From Selaginella moellendorffii (Eukaryota > Plantae > Lycopodiophyta): 64,000 nucleotides of DNA. Within the stretch, counting starts at the first letter, position 1; the number at the start of each line of letters is the position of its first letter. Shown piece after piece: positions 1 to 12,399 of this stretch. The stretch spans positions 1,386,673 through 1,450,672 of the forward strand of contig NW_003314278.1 in assembly GCF_000143415.4 (NCBI RefSeq), given 5' to 3'. Below the pieces are notes generated by a model, which was not told the DNA's origin, made no database searches, and saw only the letters and a program-made list of their open reading frames with translations. The translations under genes and the position numbers were made by a program.

Positions 1-1020
1 GCTTTGATATTGTCAATTTTTACATAAATAAAATATTTATATGATGTACTCATTTTAATACATTTTTCTATTCATATGTACTTCTTGTTTATCTCTCAAA
101 GAGTTCAACTAATGTTTTTTTTATCAATTTTATTCTTCCTATAGCAAGCTTAAAGCAAATAGTGAAGAATATAAGGAAGAAGTCCTACACTCTTGCAATA
201 CTAAAAGCTTGCAAACTTTCCTTTAAGAACATTATTACTAGTAAAAAAGTTCACTTTTTTTGAGTAGTCTGATGTGTTTGTCTTTATAGCATGTCCATAA
301 ACAGAAAACAAGGATGCTCCTCATAGTAGAGTATCACAGTGATAGAAGAAGTTTGAGCTTCTTCTCCATGCAATGGGCAACAATATAATCAAGTGGCTGT
401 AGTGATTGATACAAAAGTTCTCCTGGATCTTGCTTGTTAGGCTGGCGTGGCTAAGACACTGATAAAGGTAAGTTCTGCAAAGATTTAATAAGGTTTTGCT
501 GGATTGTCCTTACTGGGCTTACAGTTAGATCATGGGTGATCAGGAGCTCACAGTTTTGCACAAGATTTGATGAAACATGTTTCTTGCTTGAGCTAGGATC
601 CTTGATCTGCCATGGGTGGTGATCAATGCATTCACAAAAGGTGCCGGAATGAAATCCAACAGCTTAAGCACTTTCAAAAGACACCCATTCTAGGCATTTG
701 CAGTGATCATTGCATTCCAAGAGACCAAAGTCCTCTTGCTCAAAACTTCCTGCTATGCTCATGATCACATTTCCAAGATTGAGCTCCATGTTTCTAGAAT
801 TCTTCTGTGAATCGTCACTTCTTTCTCATACTGCACAGGTCACAAATCACCCAAGAAATCGCCTCATGGAGGCTGCAACGCTCAATAGTTCTAGGACTGG
901 CAGACAAGCCCTGTCCCATGGACAGCCACTGCTCCTTACGTGGGAATGTGCACATTACAGAGGTTCGTTTCTGTTTTCCAGTCTGTCTTTTAACTCCTCA
1001 AATGTCTTGATCATTATGCC

Positions 1021-2985
1021 ATTGAGAAAATACAGTGTTGGGCAGACTGTTCGAGCTAAAATCCTTTCAAAACGCAAAACCAGCAGAAAGCACAGAAATG
1101 CTGCCACTTTGGATTTATCTCTACGTCCATCTGAGCTTGCAGGTCTGTATGGTGGCCCTTTGAATTAGCTTACTTATCATGACTTGCAGGAAACGATGCT
1201 GCATGCTCAGTGATTACTTTCGAGACCGTAACCATTGAACAGTCGGATATCAGATACGTTCAAGAAGTAAAGGACAACTGGGCATGGCTAGTCCTCTCAC
1301 CCCATCTTAAAGGCTGCCTTTTTATACTGGACACGTCTGACGATCCCTCGGAGCTTGAACGTTTTAGAGCGCTTCAAAGTCGGGGACCCGTTCCAGTGCC
1401 ATATAAGAAGTGTGAACCACGAAAAGTGGATTTGTCTCTACACCCGAAAACAAGTGACGAACAATTCAAGAAAGGCGACCTGTTAGACCGACGAATCACA
1501 CGAGTTTTTGCTGGTGTTGGCGGACATACTGTGCAAGGCAGATGGGAAAGTTTCGGAAAAGTTCATGTAACGATACATGGATTGATGACCCAGCCAGTTT
1601 ATTTACAGAGGGACAGTTTGTAAGGTCTTGGATTTAAAACGACCAGGGAGGGGAAAGATGGGCTTGGAACTTTCAGTAAGTTGGTGGACGTGGTGGTTTT
1701 GAGTCCCTTCCGAGCTATCAAACACTTGAAAGGTAACTTCCGAGATTTGCATTAAATTTTTTTGACTCTGCATCCAATGCTCGTATTGTCAATTCCGTGT
1801 TGGAACTTAAGCAAGATATGAAGTGCAAGTAAGCAGAAACCTTGCATGCTGTGGACATGACTTGTTTTTGTGTTGCAGGGTTTTGTCAAGAATGTGACGG
1901 AGAAAGGTTGTTTTGTGGTCCTGGCACCTTCACTTGAAGCTAGAATTCAACTGAAGAACCTATCAAACTCGTTTGTACAAAACCCTGCAGAAATGTTTCC
2001 ACCAGGCAAGGTGATATCGGGAAGGTATGAACTTTTCTCCGTATGGAAGTGTTTGCTGATATCTTCTTCTTCGTCAGAATTTTAAGCATCGAGCCATTGT
2101 CTGGGCACATTGAAATGTCTTTGACGGCAACAACGTCACAAGATTCAAGTGGCTGGAAGAAGTTTGGTGCTGGAGAGATCGTTAGTGGCCGCATACACAA
2201 CATTGAAGCATTTGGGATCTTCATCAGCCTTGCCGAGAGCGATGTGGCAAGCTCTCTCTCTATCTTGGTTTCAAGTTCTTAGTCTGTGCTCCAGGTTGCT
2301 TGTGTCATGTCTCTGAAGTGTCTTACGATTTTATTCAAGACTTGTCAACACTTTACAAAGTCAGTCAATGGGTTCAAGTAAAGATTCTAAAGGTGAGAAC
2401 AAAAGCTTTAGTAAAACCACAGGGTTATGATTTCCCTCTACAGGTTGATGCGGAAACCAAACGTATATCTCTTGGAATGAAAGCGTCATATCTGACCCCT
2501 GAGGATGGGATCGAGCCGATGGAGGAAGAAGCTATAAATGAAGAGCCTTCGAACACAAATGTGCTCATGGATAATGATGAGAGGGAGGAGGAGGACTACT
2601 TGGATCTGGCATCAAAACGATTTCCACAGCTATGCATGTCGATCCACTCTCAACAAAGACGTTGAGGTACAGTGCCAATTGACTTGAAAGAAGTTATTAC
2701 AGAAGGACCAGCCTCCAGAGACCAAGGACGACTTTGAAAGGCTTGTAGCAGTGTCACCAAATAGTAGCTACATGTGAATCAAATGCATGGCTTATTGGAT
2801 GTGTCTTGCGGACCTGGACAAAGTGCAAGCAGTGGCTGAAAAGTAGCACTCTACTCACATTTGATTCTATTTTTCTTTAGGTGTTAAAATCCAGGCTCTT
2901 TTTTATAGGGCATTGGAGAAGATAATTTATTGAGAAGAAATGGAAAAGATGAACATATGGATGGTTTATCTCAACCTAGAGAAGC
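1021..2985 (+). pseudogene. RRP5: RRP5-like rRNA biogenesis protein fragment (S1 repeats plus start of HAT/TPR region), intron-containing, disrupted
   Basis: S1 repeats such as 'GFVKNVTEKGCFVVLAPSLEARIQLKNLS...FPPGKVISGR', 'GEIVSGRIHNIEAFGIFISL' and 'VKILKVDAETKRISLGMK'. C-terminal 'DFERLVAVSPNSSYM*IKCMAYW...ALEKIIY*EEMEKMNIWMVYLNLE' carries in-frame stops. Frameshifts present and N-terminus missing. Boundaries approximate. Confidence 0.85.
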
Positions 2986-3113
2986 ATTTGAAGAGCAAAT
3001 GGCAATTACTTTAGATGGTTATAATGATCATGGAAACTACTATAGTAAGCATGCTTGTGTTTGGGGATGGAGATCAAAGGTTTGGTAGAAGACCTCACTG
3101 CTTTGAGTGCTAA

Positions 3114-6045
3114 TGTTAGGGATATATTACAACAAAGTGCGGCAATTTGTTACATGCCAGCTTTGACCACATGGTCAACATTGGTCAAAGGAATGCTCAA
3201 GGGTTTATGAAGGCATGTTAGGGTAAGGAACTTAAGTGTGATGGTGCAGAGGAGCTTTTGAGGTAGCTCAAGTGGTTGGGTTCAAGAGGAGGCGTAATCT
3301 AGTCTAGGAAGACTAAATTGTTGTTTTTTTGTGCTAAGTCATAACATTGGTATTAGAGGCATTGGTTGTGATGGCCAACTAAGTTGAACACTGGAATCCT
3401 TTTGTTGATGGTGGTGCCAATGATGGTATTGACAGAGTTGTGGAGGTTTGGACCATGGAAGATGTTGTTCACGAACTGCAAGCCCTTAATAAAAATCAGC
3501 AAGAGATGCAAGACAAGATGTATGGCATGATGAGTACCTTGCGTGAGCATGTTGAGGCACTCAAGGCTGGTCGTGGTAGCACTCTAAATAAGCCTTCCTT
3601 GGTAGATTGACTCAAGATTCCAACCTTTTTCGGTGATGGTGGTGTGGATGAGTGTCTAGTTTGGCTAGCCAATTGGAAGAAGTTTTTGGCTGCTAGAGGA
3701 ACTCTAGATGCAAAGGCTTTAGTGGCTATTCCAATGGTTTTATATGATGTGGGTATTTGGTGGTGGAATTGGCTTAAGGAGTTTTGTGCTGCAGATAAGA
3801 AACCATTAATATCTATGATGGATGAGTTTGAAGCTGCTTTCCATTTACTTTTTGCCCCTCACTATGATATGAATAATTCTCACACTAAAATTTGACATTT
3901 TCAGCAAGGGAAAATAAAACTTGGGGACTATATTGAGAAGCTGACTCGCTTGATTAGCCGTGTTCTAACAAAGGATCTAGATCAGAACAAGTCCTACTTC
4001 ATTGAAGGCCTTCATAGTGAGAGCATGTGGCAACATTTGCGTCATTCTCAACCTATAAAGAGAGTCTTTTTTTTGAGAATCATCATGATGATCATTGTAG
4101 ACACAAGGATGGGAATAAACATCACAAGTTAAAGTCTATGGTGGCTACTTCAGGTACACAGGGGTTAAAGAAGCAAAAATTATTTATGAAGAATTATAGA
4201 TAAGGTTGTCATTATTGCAGCAAGCTGGGACATTACAAAGCTGATTGTCCATAGTGAAGAGTAAACAACATGGCAATAAAAATGGCCAATCTTCTACTAA
4301 TGGTAAGTTAAATATTAAGAAGCTGCAAACTTTGCAATGCAAGGATGATGGGGACGACCATTCTGGTTGGAGGAAGAGGCTTTCGAATGTTGCTTGTCAA
4401 CTTAACTGTGTGTGGAATACGGTCAAAGACACTTATGCATCAGTTTAAATGTTGGAGGGCATGTTCTGTGGCGGTCCAATGTGGATTTTACTGGACAGTG
4501 GGAGCGATGACAACTTTGTTTCCACAAAGTTTGTTGAGGAGTATGGCCTGGTGACACGAGGAATTCTTCCATACATGGTGGAAGGTGCAGCTACCTCTAC
4601 TTAGCATTTCGATACTTGTGTAGAAAGGTTAGAAGTGTTGGTTGGCAAAACCACACTTGTGGAGACTTTTTATCTCACAGATTTTCATAGTGTGGATCTC
4701 ATTTTTGGGATGCCATGGTTGGTGAAGGTGGATCTGGAGATAAAATGGAGTATTAAGCATGTCTCATTAGAGTACGGTGGTGTTAAAGATGTGTGATTTG
4801 GAGAGGGAGTTCAACCTCTAGTTGTTATGCTCTCCGCTACATCTTTGAAGTGGGTTTGTCGTAATGGAAAAGAACTTTCAAATTACTTGCTTTTAATTTG
4901 TGACTTGGGGGACCAAGCTATGTGTGGAGGAGAGGCAATAGTGCGGACTATACTCGAAGAGTTCTCTGATGTTTTTCCCTCTAAACTTCCTCATGGATTG
5001 CCTCCATTACGAGGTGTGGAGCATGGGATTACGTTAGAGTTGGAGACACAGCCAATTTACTAGTGTCCATTTTAGTTGAGTTATGCTGAAGAGCAAGAAG
5101 TTCAACAAAAAGTCAAGGAGTTACTTGAGTTTGGATTTATTCAACCAAGTAAGTCTCCGTTTGGTGCTTTAGTCTTGCTTGTGAAGAAGTAAGACAGTTC
5201 AATGAGGATGTGTTTTGATTACCGTGCCTTGAACAAAAAGACTGTGAAGGACAAGATGCCAATGCTGCATGTGAATAATATCTTAGAAAAGCCTTGTGAA
5301 GCACGAGTGTTTACTAAGATTGATATGAGGAGGGGATATTATCAAATTGCAATGGAGATTGCATATCTTCTGTTAGTGCAATTTGCTTACAACAATAGCT
5401 AACACAGTGGAACCAAGTTAAATCCTTACTTTGCCATGTTTGGAAGGCATCCTTGAACAACAGTGAAGTTAGAATTGCATTTGAGTAAGAATGCTCAAGA
5501 AAAGCTTGATTTAGAGGCGACTGATCTGGCCACAAAACTTGATGAGATTTTGGATGTTTGCAAATTTAATTTACAAGTAGCTTAGGATAGAGCAAAGAAG
5601 TTTGTTAATGAGCATCGCTAATTCCAGGAATATAAGGTGGGTGATTTTGTTTTTGTGCAAATGATCTTTTTTTCAAATGAGCAATAGAACATTTTAGTGC
5701 CTTTGCAGAATGGGAAGAGTGATAAACTTTCTCATTGGCATGCTAATTCATATGAAGTGCTAGAACACATCGGTAAGGTGGCTTATTGAGTGCAATTGCT
5801 AGCTAGGGTGAAAATTCATTTGGTATTTTATGTTAGCCAATTGAAAGGTGTGCTATCTCAAAATGATATGCCTAATGCTTCTTTAATGTATACAATATAC
5901 AACTGTGGAAGATGAATTAAAAGCTTGAACAAAGTTCCTCAGAAAAGGTGATCATTGGTATAACTTGTCTTTGGGACAAAGACTTTATTAAGGGGAAGAA
6001 TTGTTAGGTGACAGGTCAATGGAGGCTCAAGGGTTTATGAAGGCA
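3114..6045 (+). mobile_element. Degenerate Ty3/gypsy LTR retrotransposon (5' LTR about 3114-3346, internally deleted pol, truncated 3' LTR 6002-6045)
   Basis: TGTTAGG...ATAACA followed by PBS-like TGGTATTAGAG (3348). Zinc knuckle CHYCSKLGHYKADC (~4205-4248), protease LLDSGSDDNFVS (~4487), RT 'MRMCFDYRALNKKTVKDK...VFTKIDMRRGYYQI'. Polypurine AAGGGGAAGAA (5990-6000) precedes TGTTAGG at 6002. GCTCAAGGGTTTATGAAGGCA is shared by both LTRs. Many stops. Confidence 0.85.
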
Positions 6046-6367
6046 AAGAACTCAACCTACCCTGCATCCGGGCAAGGCCAAGGCCGAGTTTGATCGAATG
6101 GCGGTGTGGGATGTAGTTTCCTCCACTGCGATGGTCAAGGTGCTGGGCGATTGCGGGTGGATTGGATTGAGCAAGGCAGTGTTTGATGCGATGCCCGAAA
6201 GGAGCTGCAAGACGCTGCTGTGGGGATTTCCTTGCGGTGGAGAGATTGGGCGAGCAAGAGAGGTGCTGGATCGGATGCCCGAGACGAATGTGGTAGCGTG
6301 GATCCTCGTGCAGGGTTTCGTGCAGCACGGGCGAGTGGGTGATGCAAAGGCGACATTTGACATATAG
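6046..6367 (+). pseudogene. PPR (short S/SS motif) gene fragment
   Basis: 'WDVVSSTAMVKVLGDCGWIGLSKAVFDAMPERS...GEIGRAREVLDRMPETNVVAW...GRVGDAKATFD'; truncated at both ends. Confidence 0.75.
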
Positions 6368-8062
6368 AAGACAAGTGCCTGAGGTTGTACATATCGAAGT
6401 ACAAACCAAAGAAGCAGATCAATGGATCTCCCTGCAACGCATCAATCAGCAGTCGAACGAGGCGAGCAGCGCATACTTGATCCTCTTCCAGTCGATCCAC
6501 TTTCCTGTAACCAATGGTGCTACCGTTGCTCACCAGGTACCAGCCCAGCTTGCTGTCCCATGACTCGACGAGATATTCCATGACCCTTTGTCCCATGTTT
6601 ACTGGCTCTCGGATCTCCAGTGCGTTGAACTTTGGAGACCTTGCCAAGATCAAGCTCGATCCAGCCGGTCGACTCCCCTTGCATTGGAGCCCAGAAAGTT
6701 TCCATACGCTCGTCAAGGATTTGCTTCGGCCCGAACGAAGAGCTGCGAATGCTGCTTGCTGTCACGGACAAGGGATTCGCTGCTAAGTTGACGCTGAAGA
6801 TGGAATCTATGGCGGAGCTAAACCGCTCCAGCGTCTGGAAGTCGGATTCGTCGATCAGTCCTGACGAGTTTGGAGGGATGTTGAGCAGGAGCAAGCAGTT
6901 CCTGGCGGATGATTTGTAGAAAACGTCGAGCAGCTGCTCCAGGGATTTTGGAGCCTCGTTCCTGTGCCAAAACCAACCGGGCCTGATGGAGATATCGCAC
7001 TCCGGAGGGAGCCAGTCGGTTCCAGCACTCTCTCAAGACATCAAGTACCTGTTGATGTTGCGAATTGGATCGAGTTTCACGAGAATGAAAGTTTCATGGA
7101 AGGATGGATTTTTCGTACTGGCCATTGCTCCTGCCGATCGTAATGGAAGATCTGTTCGCCATCGCCCAGCATGGTTGTCCGGCCTCGCCATACTCGTTCC
7201 CAACCCATCGGATGTCGGGGCCAGCATCGGAAAAGATGTTGGCACCAGGGATGAATCGTGTCAAACCAGAGCTCAAAATCGTAGCTCATGTTCACTGCAG
7301 TGGGTGATTTCGCACCATCCAGCCACACCTCGGAGATCGGCCCATATCTGCACGCCAAAACAGAATGCCGCGTCAAGGCATCTGCTGCTAGAGATGAAAA
7401 CTACAAAAGCCCACAAGCTCGCGAGCTCCTAATGCTAAAACCGTTTGATGGGCTGGAGCAAATGCAAACATATCACACAGTGATCATGCCACCAAGAAAA
7501 ATGCGTGAAGAAGAAGCAAAGAATGTCTCACTCACCCAGTAAGAAGCTCTGGGAGCTGAGCCAAGTAGAACTCGTTGTAGAGAAGAGTGTCGCCATAGCA
7601 GCTCTCGTGCAAATCCCATGGCGAGAGGTAAAAGCCCACGTCCAATCCACGCTCCCTGGCGGCGGCCACGAACTCGGCCACCACATCCCCCTTCCCTCCT
7701 CGCCAAGAGCTGCTAGCCACGGAGAAATTGGTGTAGGCCGAGGGCCACAGGCAGAACCCGTCGTGGTGCTTGACCGTGAGGATCACGAGCTGCGCGCCCG
7801 CGGAATTTGGCCGCGTCCATCCACTGCGACGCATTCAATCGCTTCGGGTTGCAGATGGAGGGCGATTCGTGGCCGGATCCAGCTCCGAGTCCGTGAATGT
7901 GTTGACGCCGAAGTAGAAGAACATCGAGAGGCGGCGCGAGTGGAACTGGAGCTGGCGCCATGAGGGAATTGGGCGGAGAGGGAGCGGTGGGGGCGAATTT
8001 AGGGCGACAGCTCTCAAGAACACTAGTATCTCGAGGAGCAAGAAAGAGAGATGGAAATTCAT
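6362..8062 (-). pseudogene. FUC1: Alpha-L-fucosidase (GH29), frameshifted
   Basis: Signal peptide followed by 'PLPLRPIPSWRQL...MFFYFGVNTFTDSE', 'LTVKHHDGFCLWPS', 'GFYLSPWDLH', 'YGPISEVWLDGAK', 'IFSDAGPDIRWVGNE', 'LLLNIPPNSSGLI'. These motifs lie in different frames without intervening introns, indicating frameshifts. The 3' end runs into the antisense PPR fragment. Confidence 0.85.
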
Positions 8063-8291
8063 TGCTATAGAGAATGGAGGAGAGAGCCAATCTTATAAGC
8101 CCAGTGGAGTAGAGGAATTCTCACCAGAGAGTAAAATCTTTGCTTATCTTCTTCTTCTTAGCCGTGATCTCCAAGCTAGATTGGAATGTTCTTTCTCCGT
8201 CCAGGATTCTCAAGAGCTGTGGAGGTCGCGCCCGGATTCTCGCAAGGAATACCTCGCGAATCGCGAATGCGTGTGAGATCCAGCAAAGTTT

Positions 8292-8879
8292 ATGGCATTG
8301 CTCTTCCCCAATTTCGTGATTTCCACAGACACCTCAGAGGATTGCTTGCTCTCCTGGGGAGCACTGCTCAAGAACTGCCGGGATCTGTCACGGGGGAGGC
8401 AAATCCACGCCCGCATTGCGCAGAGCGAGCACCGCCGCAACAAATACCTCGCGAATCTGCTCGTCCAGATGTATGGCAAATGCGGCAGCGTCGATGACGC
8501 CCGTGCAATCTTCGAATCCATAGAGAATCCTAAGCTCTTCTCCTCCAACATCATGATCCAGGCCTACGCACAGGCGAAAGATCTAAATCGAGCGCGCAGA
8601 ACGTTCGATGGGATGCTCCGGCGAGATGCCTCGACGTGGAACTCGATCGTCACGGCATATGCCGACAACGGGCAGCTTGATAAAGCGCGAGAGATTTCCG
8701 AATTGGAGAAGAACGAGATCTCTTGGAATGTGATGATCACGCTTTGCATCCGCAGTGGAAAGATAGCTTCTGTCAAGGATTTGTTTGATCGGATGCCCGT
8801 GAAGACGATCGTTGCGCATACTGCCCTCATCACAGTATTTGCCAGGAAAGGGCATTTGGAAGAAGCCGAGGCTTTGTAG
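8292..8879 (+). CDS. Truncated PLS-class PPR protein (195 aa), probably pseudogenic
   Basis: 'LLKNCRDLSRGRQIHARI...NLLVQMYGKCGSVDDARAIFESIENPKLFS' followed by short repeats. No E domain; ends abruptly at the junction with the SEC16 fragment. Confidence 0.75.
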   Translation: MALLFPNFVISTDTSEDCLLSWGALLKNCRDLSRGRQIHARIAQSEHRRNKYLANLLVQMYGKCGSVDDARAIFESIENPKLFSSNIMIQAYAQAKDLNRARRTFDGMLRRDASTWNSIVTAYADNGQLDKAREISELEKNEISWNVMITLCIRSGKIASVKDLFDRMPVKTIVAHTALITVFARKGHLEEAEAL

Positions 8880-8880
8880 G

Positions 8881-11440
8881 AGGAGCGCGATGTAGAGTCA
8901 TGGGCTTTTGGCTTTCGCTTTCTACAGACAACTCCAACGGAACAGAAAATGCAGGTTGGGCAGTCTTTTTCTCTTGAGTTGATACAAACGAAGACTTTCT
9001 GGCGACAGGCAACTGCATTTGAGGTGAAAAGGCTACTGATTGCCGGAAAGCAGAAAGAGGCTTTACGGGCTGCTCAAGACGGGCAAATTTGGGGATGTGC
9101 TCTTCTTATGGCCCGGCAGCTGGGACAGAAGGTACCTTGTCTTGTAGCTTTGATGTATAGACCGTTAGTGATGGTCTTGTGGTTTTTAATAGTTCTACAC
9201 CGACACTACAGCGGAGATGGCTCAACGTCAGTTTCAACCAGGGTTTCCCCTCCGGACTCTAACTCTTCTTTATGCTGGTCAACATGCCGGAGTGTTCGTA
9301 GGGAACACTAATTCGTCGAACGTAACAGCGCTTCAACCTCAACTGGTTCCAGCGTCCGCTGTAGATGGTGCAACACAGGTGAAATACTTTTATCAAGCTA
9401 CTCTCTTGCTTAAGGAGTGCATGTTGACTTGCAGGACGCAGTAGAAGGAATGCTCGAAGAATGGCAGGAAAACATGGCTATAATGGCAGTTAACCGAACT
9501 AATGGGGACGAGAGAGTGATTATGCAGCTTGGTGATTGTCTCTGGAGACATCGAGATGAGGTATATACATGGTCACACGTTGATGTTTCTCATAGTTTTA
9601 ACTTGCAGATATGTGGAGCCCATATTTGCTATCTGGTTGCAAATGCTAGTTTTAAGCCTTTCTCCCCTCCTGCCAGACTTTGTCTTATAGGTGCCGACCA
9701 TTGTAAGTATCCACGCACGTACGCTAGTCCAGAAGCTATCCAGGTAAGCCGTGTTTGTCCTCAATAACAATTGTTAACCTTTTCTTCATCAGCGAATGGA
9801 AGTGTACGAATTTGCAAGAGTGACCAGCAATTCCCAGTTTATTTTACTTCCATACAAGCTTATTTATGCATCGATGCTTGCTGAAGCTGGAAAGATAAAC
9901 GAAGCTTTAAGGTTGGTAGTGATTTTTAACTGTATCCTTAAGGTTTCTCTTCGAAGGTATTGCCTAGCGGTGTTGAAAACATTGAAAACAGTGGGCCATG
10001 CAGCTGATGTGTGCAAAAAGCGGCTGTAGCCTTGGAAGAGCGTCTTCATATCCACTCTCAGGTTTGTAAGTGGACACTCGGCTTTTATACTCACTTTCCT
10101 GTTATCCAGGGACGATCGACGTCAATTGTGCAACGGTTTTTTGGCAATATTGGTCTACAAAAGATGATAGGCCCTTCGCCCCCGAAAGCTTCTGATAATG
10201 CCGATATTAATAACCATCCTGCAACAGCTTCTAGCAGAAGCAGTGTATCACTTGCCTTGTCGGCATCAATGGAACCCATAAGTGATATTATGTAAGTGAT
10301 ATTATGAGAAGATCCAACATGCCAGCGAGAAGCATTTCTGAGCCTGACTTTAGGCCTGCATAGGTAACTCGACTTGCTCTTGTGTACCTTCGATTAAGAC
10401 TTGTATTCTTTCATCAGCTCGTTAGTCCAGCGAAAGGAACGCCAAACAGAGGCGTCTTTACTTCTTTCGTGCAAAGAGCGATGGGCTTCATAAAAACACC
10501 TTCGATGGAGGTTTGTATAAGCTTTGGAAAGAGCGCTAGCTGATTGATGGTTGGTCGTGATGCAGGCAAAGCTTGGCGACAGCAACAAGTTTAGATACGA
10601 CGAGACACTGAAGCGCTGGAGCCGAGGCACAAGTGCCAGAGCTTCCGTTGGCTCCTCCTCCCACGGCAAACAAGCTCGTCTCGCGCGTGGAGGAGAACGG
10701 CGCTCCTATTTCCATGTCTCTGGAGAGGCCACAGCCAACTCCGGAAAGGCCGCAACCGGTTGTGAGTGGAATCCCACCAATGCCTCCGAGCAGTAACCAG
10801 TACGCAGCTCGCGCACGTCAAAACGTTAGATCAAGGTACCGTTTTGGTCATTCCCAGCACTCCAATCTCACGAGGTTTTTGCAGATATGTCGATACATTC
10901 AACAAAGGTAGCATAACACCATCCAAGACATCATTGGACTCTCCTCCACTGTTTGGCGTGGTGCCAAAGGCAAGCGCAAAGCCTTTGGCTCCAGCGAGAT
11001 TTTTCGTGCCTGCGGCCGCTGCTGCCGCTGCTCCAGATATCAACAGCAACCATTCGGTGGATCCTTCCTCGGCACCGGCCTTTGTCCCCGACACGGCATT
11101 CTCAAACGGGAATGGACCGTTTGCAGCAGCAGCATTCGCTCAGCCGGTTGTACAGGATATGAGAAGCGATCCGGGGTCAATGCCTGATCATCTCTTGAGC
11201 GGCTCTTCACCAGCAATGTTCTATTCGAATCACTATCCAGCAGCACCGTCGACCGTCTCGTTGCCGCCACCTCCAGCTCTGGAAGTCACTCCGCCAGTGA
11301 TGGTCGAGCAGCAGCAGCAAAACCAACACCAGGAAAGTTTGATTCATCAGCACCACCATCAACAGTCCGGTACAGTGGGATTCGAAGCTGCCAGTTCCTC
11401 CGGAGTGTTTGGAGACGACTTGCAAGAGGTGGAATTGTAA
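8881..11440 (+). pseudogene. SEC16: SEC16-like COPII scaffold, C-terminal half only, multi-exon, disrupted
   Basis: 'EVKRLLIAGKQKEALRAAQDGQIWGCALLMARQLG', 'LEEWQENMAIMAVNRT.GDERVIMQLGDCLW', 'GAHICYLVANASF', 'RLCLIGADH', 'AKLGDSNKFRYDETLKRW', 'VRSRYVDTFN', terminal 'DLQEVEL*'. Short GT-AG introns. A 14-bp duplication at 10279-10306 and frameshifts break it. Confidence 0.85.
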
Positions 11441-12399
11441 ATCACACTCCACAAGTAAGTAGTAGTGACCGTTGCTGGGTGGATTTTGGTAGAGCAGTGT
11501 AGCGAAGTAGTAGTCGTGGAAGGAGGAATTTTTTTTGGCTGGGTGATTCTTTGGAGCCACGAGGGAAGCGAGGAAGCAAGATAAATAAAATGGATCAAAC
11601 AATATAATTCAGGAATTAAATTCTATAAAACAATAAAATTTTAAATAAAAACGGTAAAATATAACATAGAATATAAATAGAATAAAATAGAGTAATAAAC
11701 TAACATATACTCTTCAATACTTAATTTCAAGCCATGATTCTCATTATATAATCTTGTAAACAAAATTTCGATAAATACTAAAAAAATTCTAGCTATCTCA
11801 TTTTTTGAAAAAACTTTTTATGGAGTCTCTTCTTGAACTATATGACAACATTAAATATCTGTACTACATTCTTTAATAATCCTGCCTAAATTCAAACAAA
11901 ACTGATACAAGCTATTAGTATCATAACACTACCTTTGCATTTCAGATTCTTTGTCAAGCTTGCATTTCAAATTTTCCCCCTCTTAGCCTTATGGTTTTTT
12001 CTTAGGTTTTATCATTTGGGTTCTCTAGGGTTCACCATTACTGGTTCATGGAAGGCATTTTTCCTTCCTCTCTAGCACATCCCAAGCACATATCTCTCCC
12101 ACACTGTTTTGGCAAGAGTATCCCTAATTCTAGTTGTTCTTCTATAGATATAAATGCTTGTAGTATATGGTATAAAGCTCTTGTGTGTTATACATGTAGT
12201 TATGGCTAAGGGACTAGTTATTGTTATAGACCCTTAAGATGCTCTACACAACATAACTTTAGGGTGGGATTATATTGAAATCTCAATCTCTTCTTTTGTT
12301 GATGTTTCAAGTAAGTTGGAAATAAGTAATCTAGTTCAATGGAAACTATCCCAAACTCTTTTTGGTAATAGTATACCATCTACCATACTAATAAGCACT

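Noticed and set aside
1-1000. Possible decayed coding or transposon sequence at the window start
   Set aside because: No motif I could recognise in any frame.
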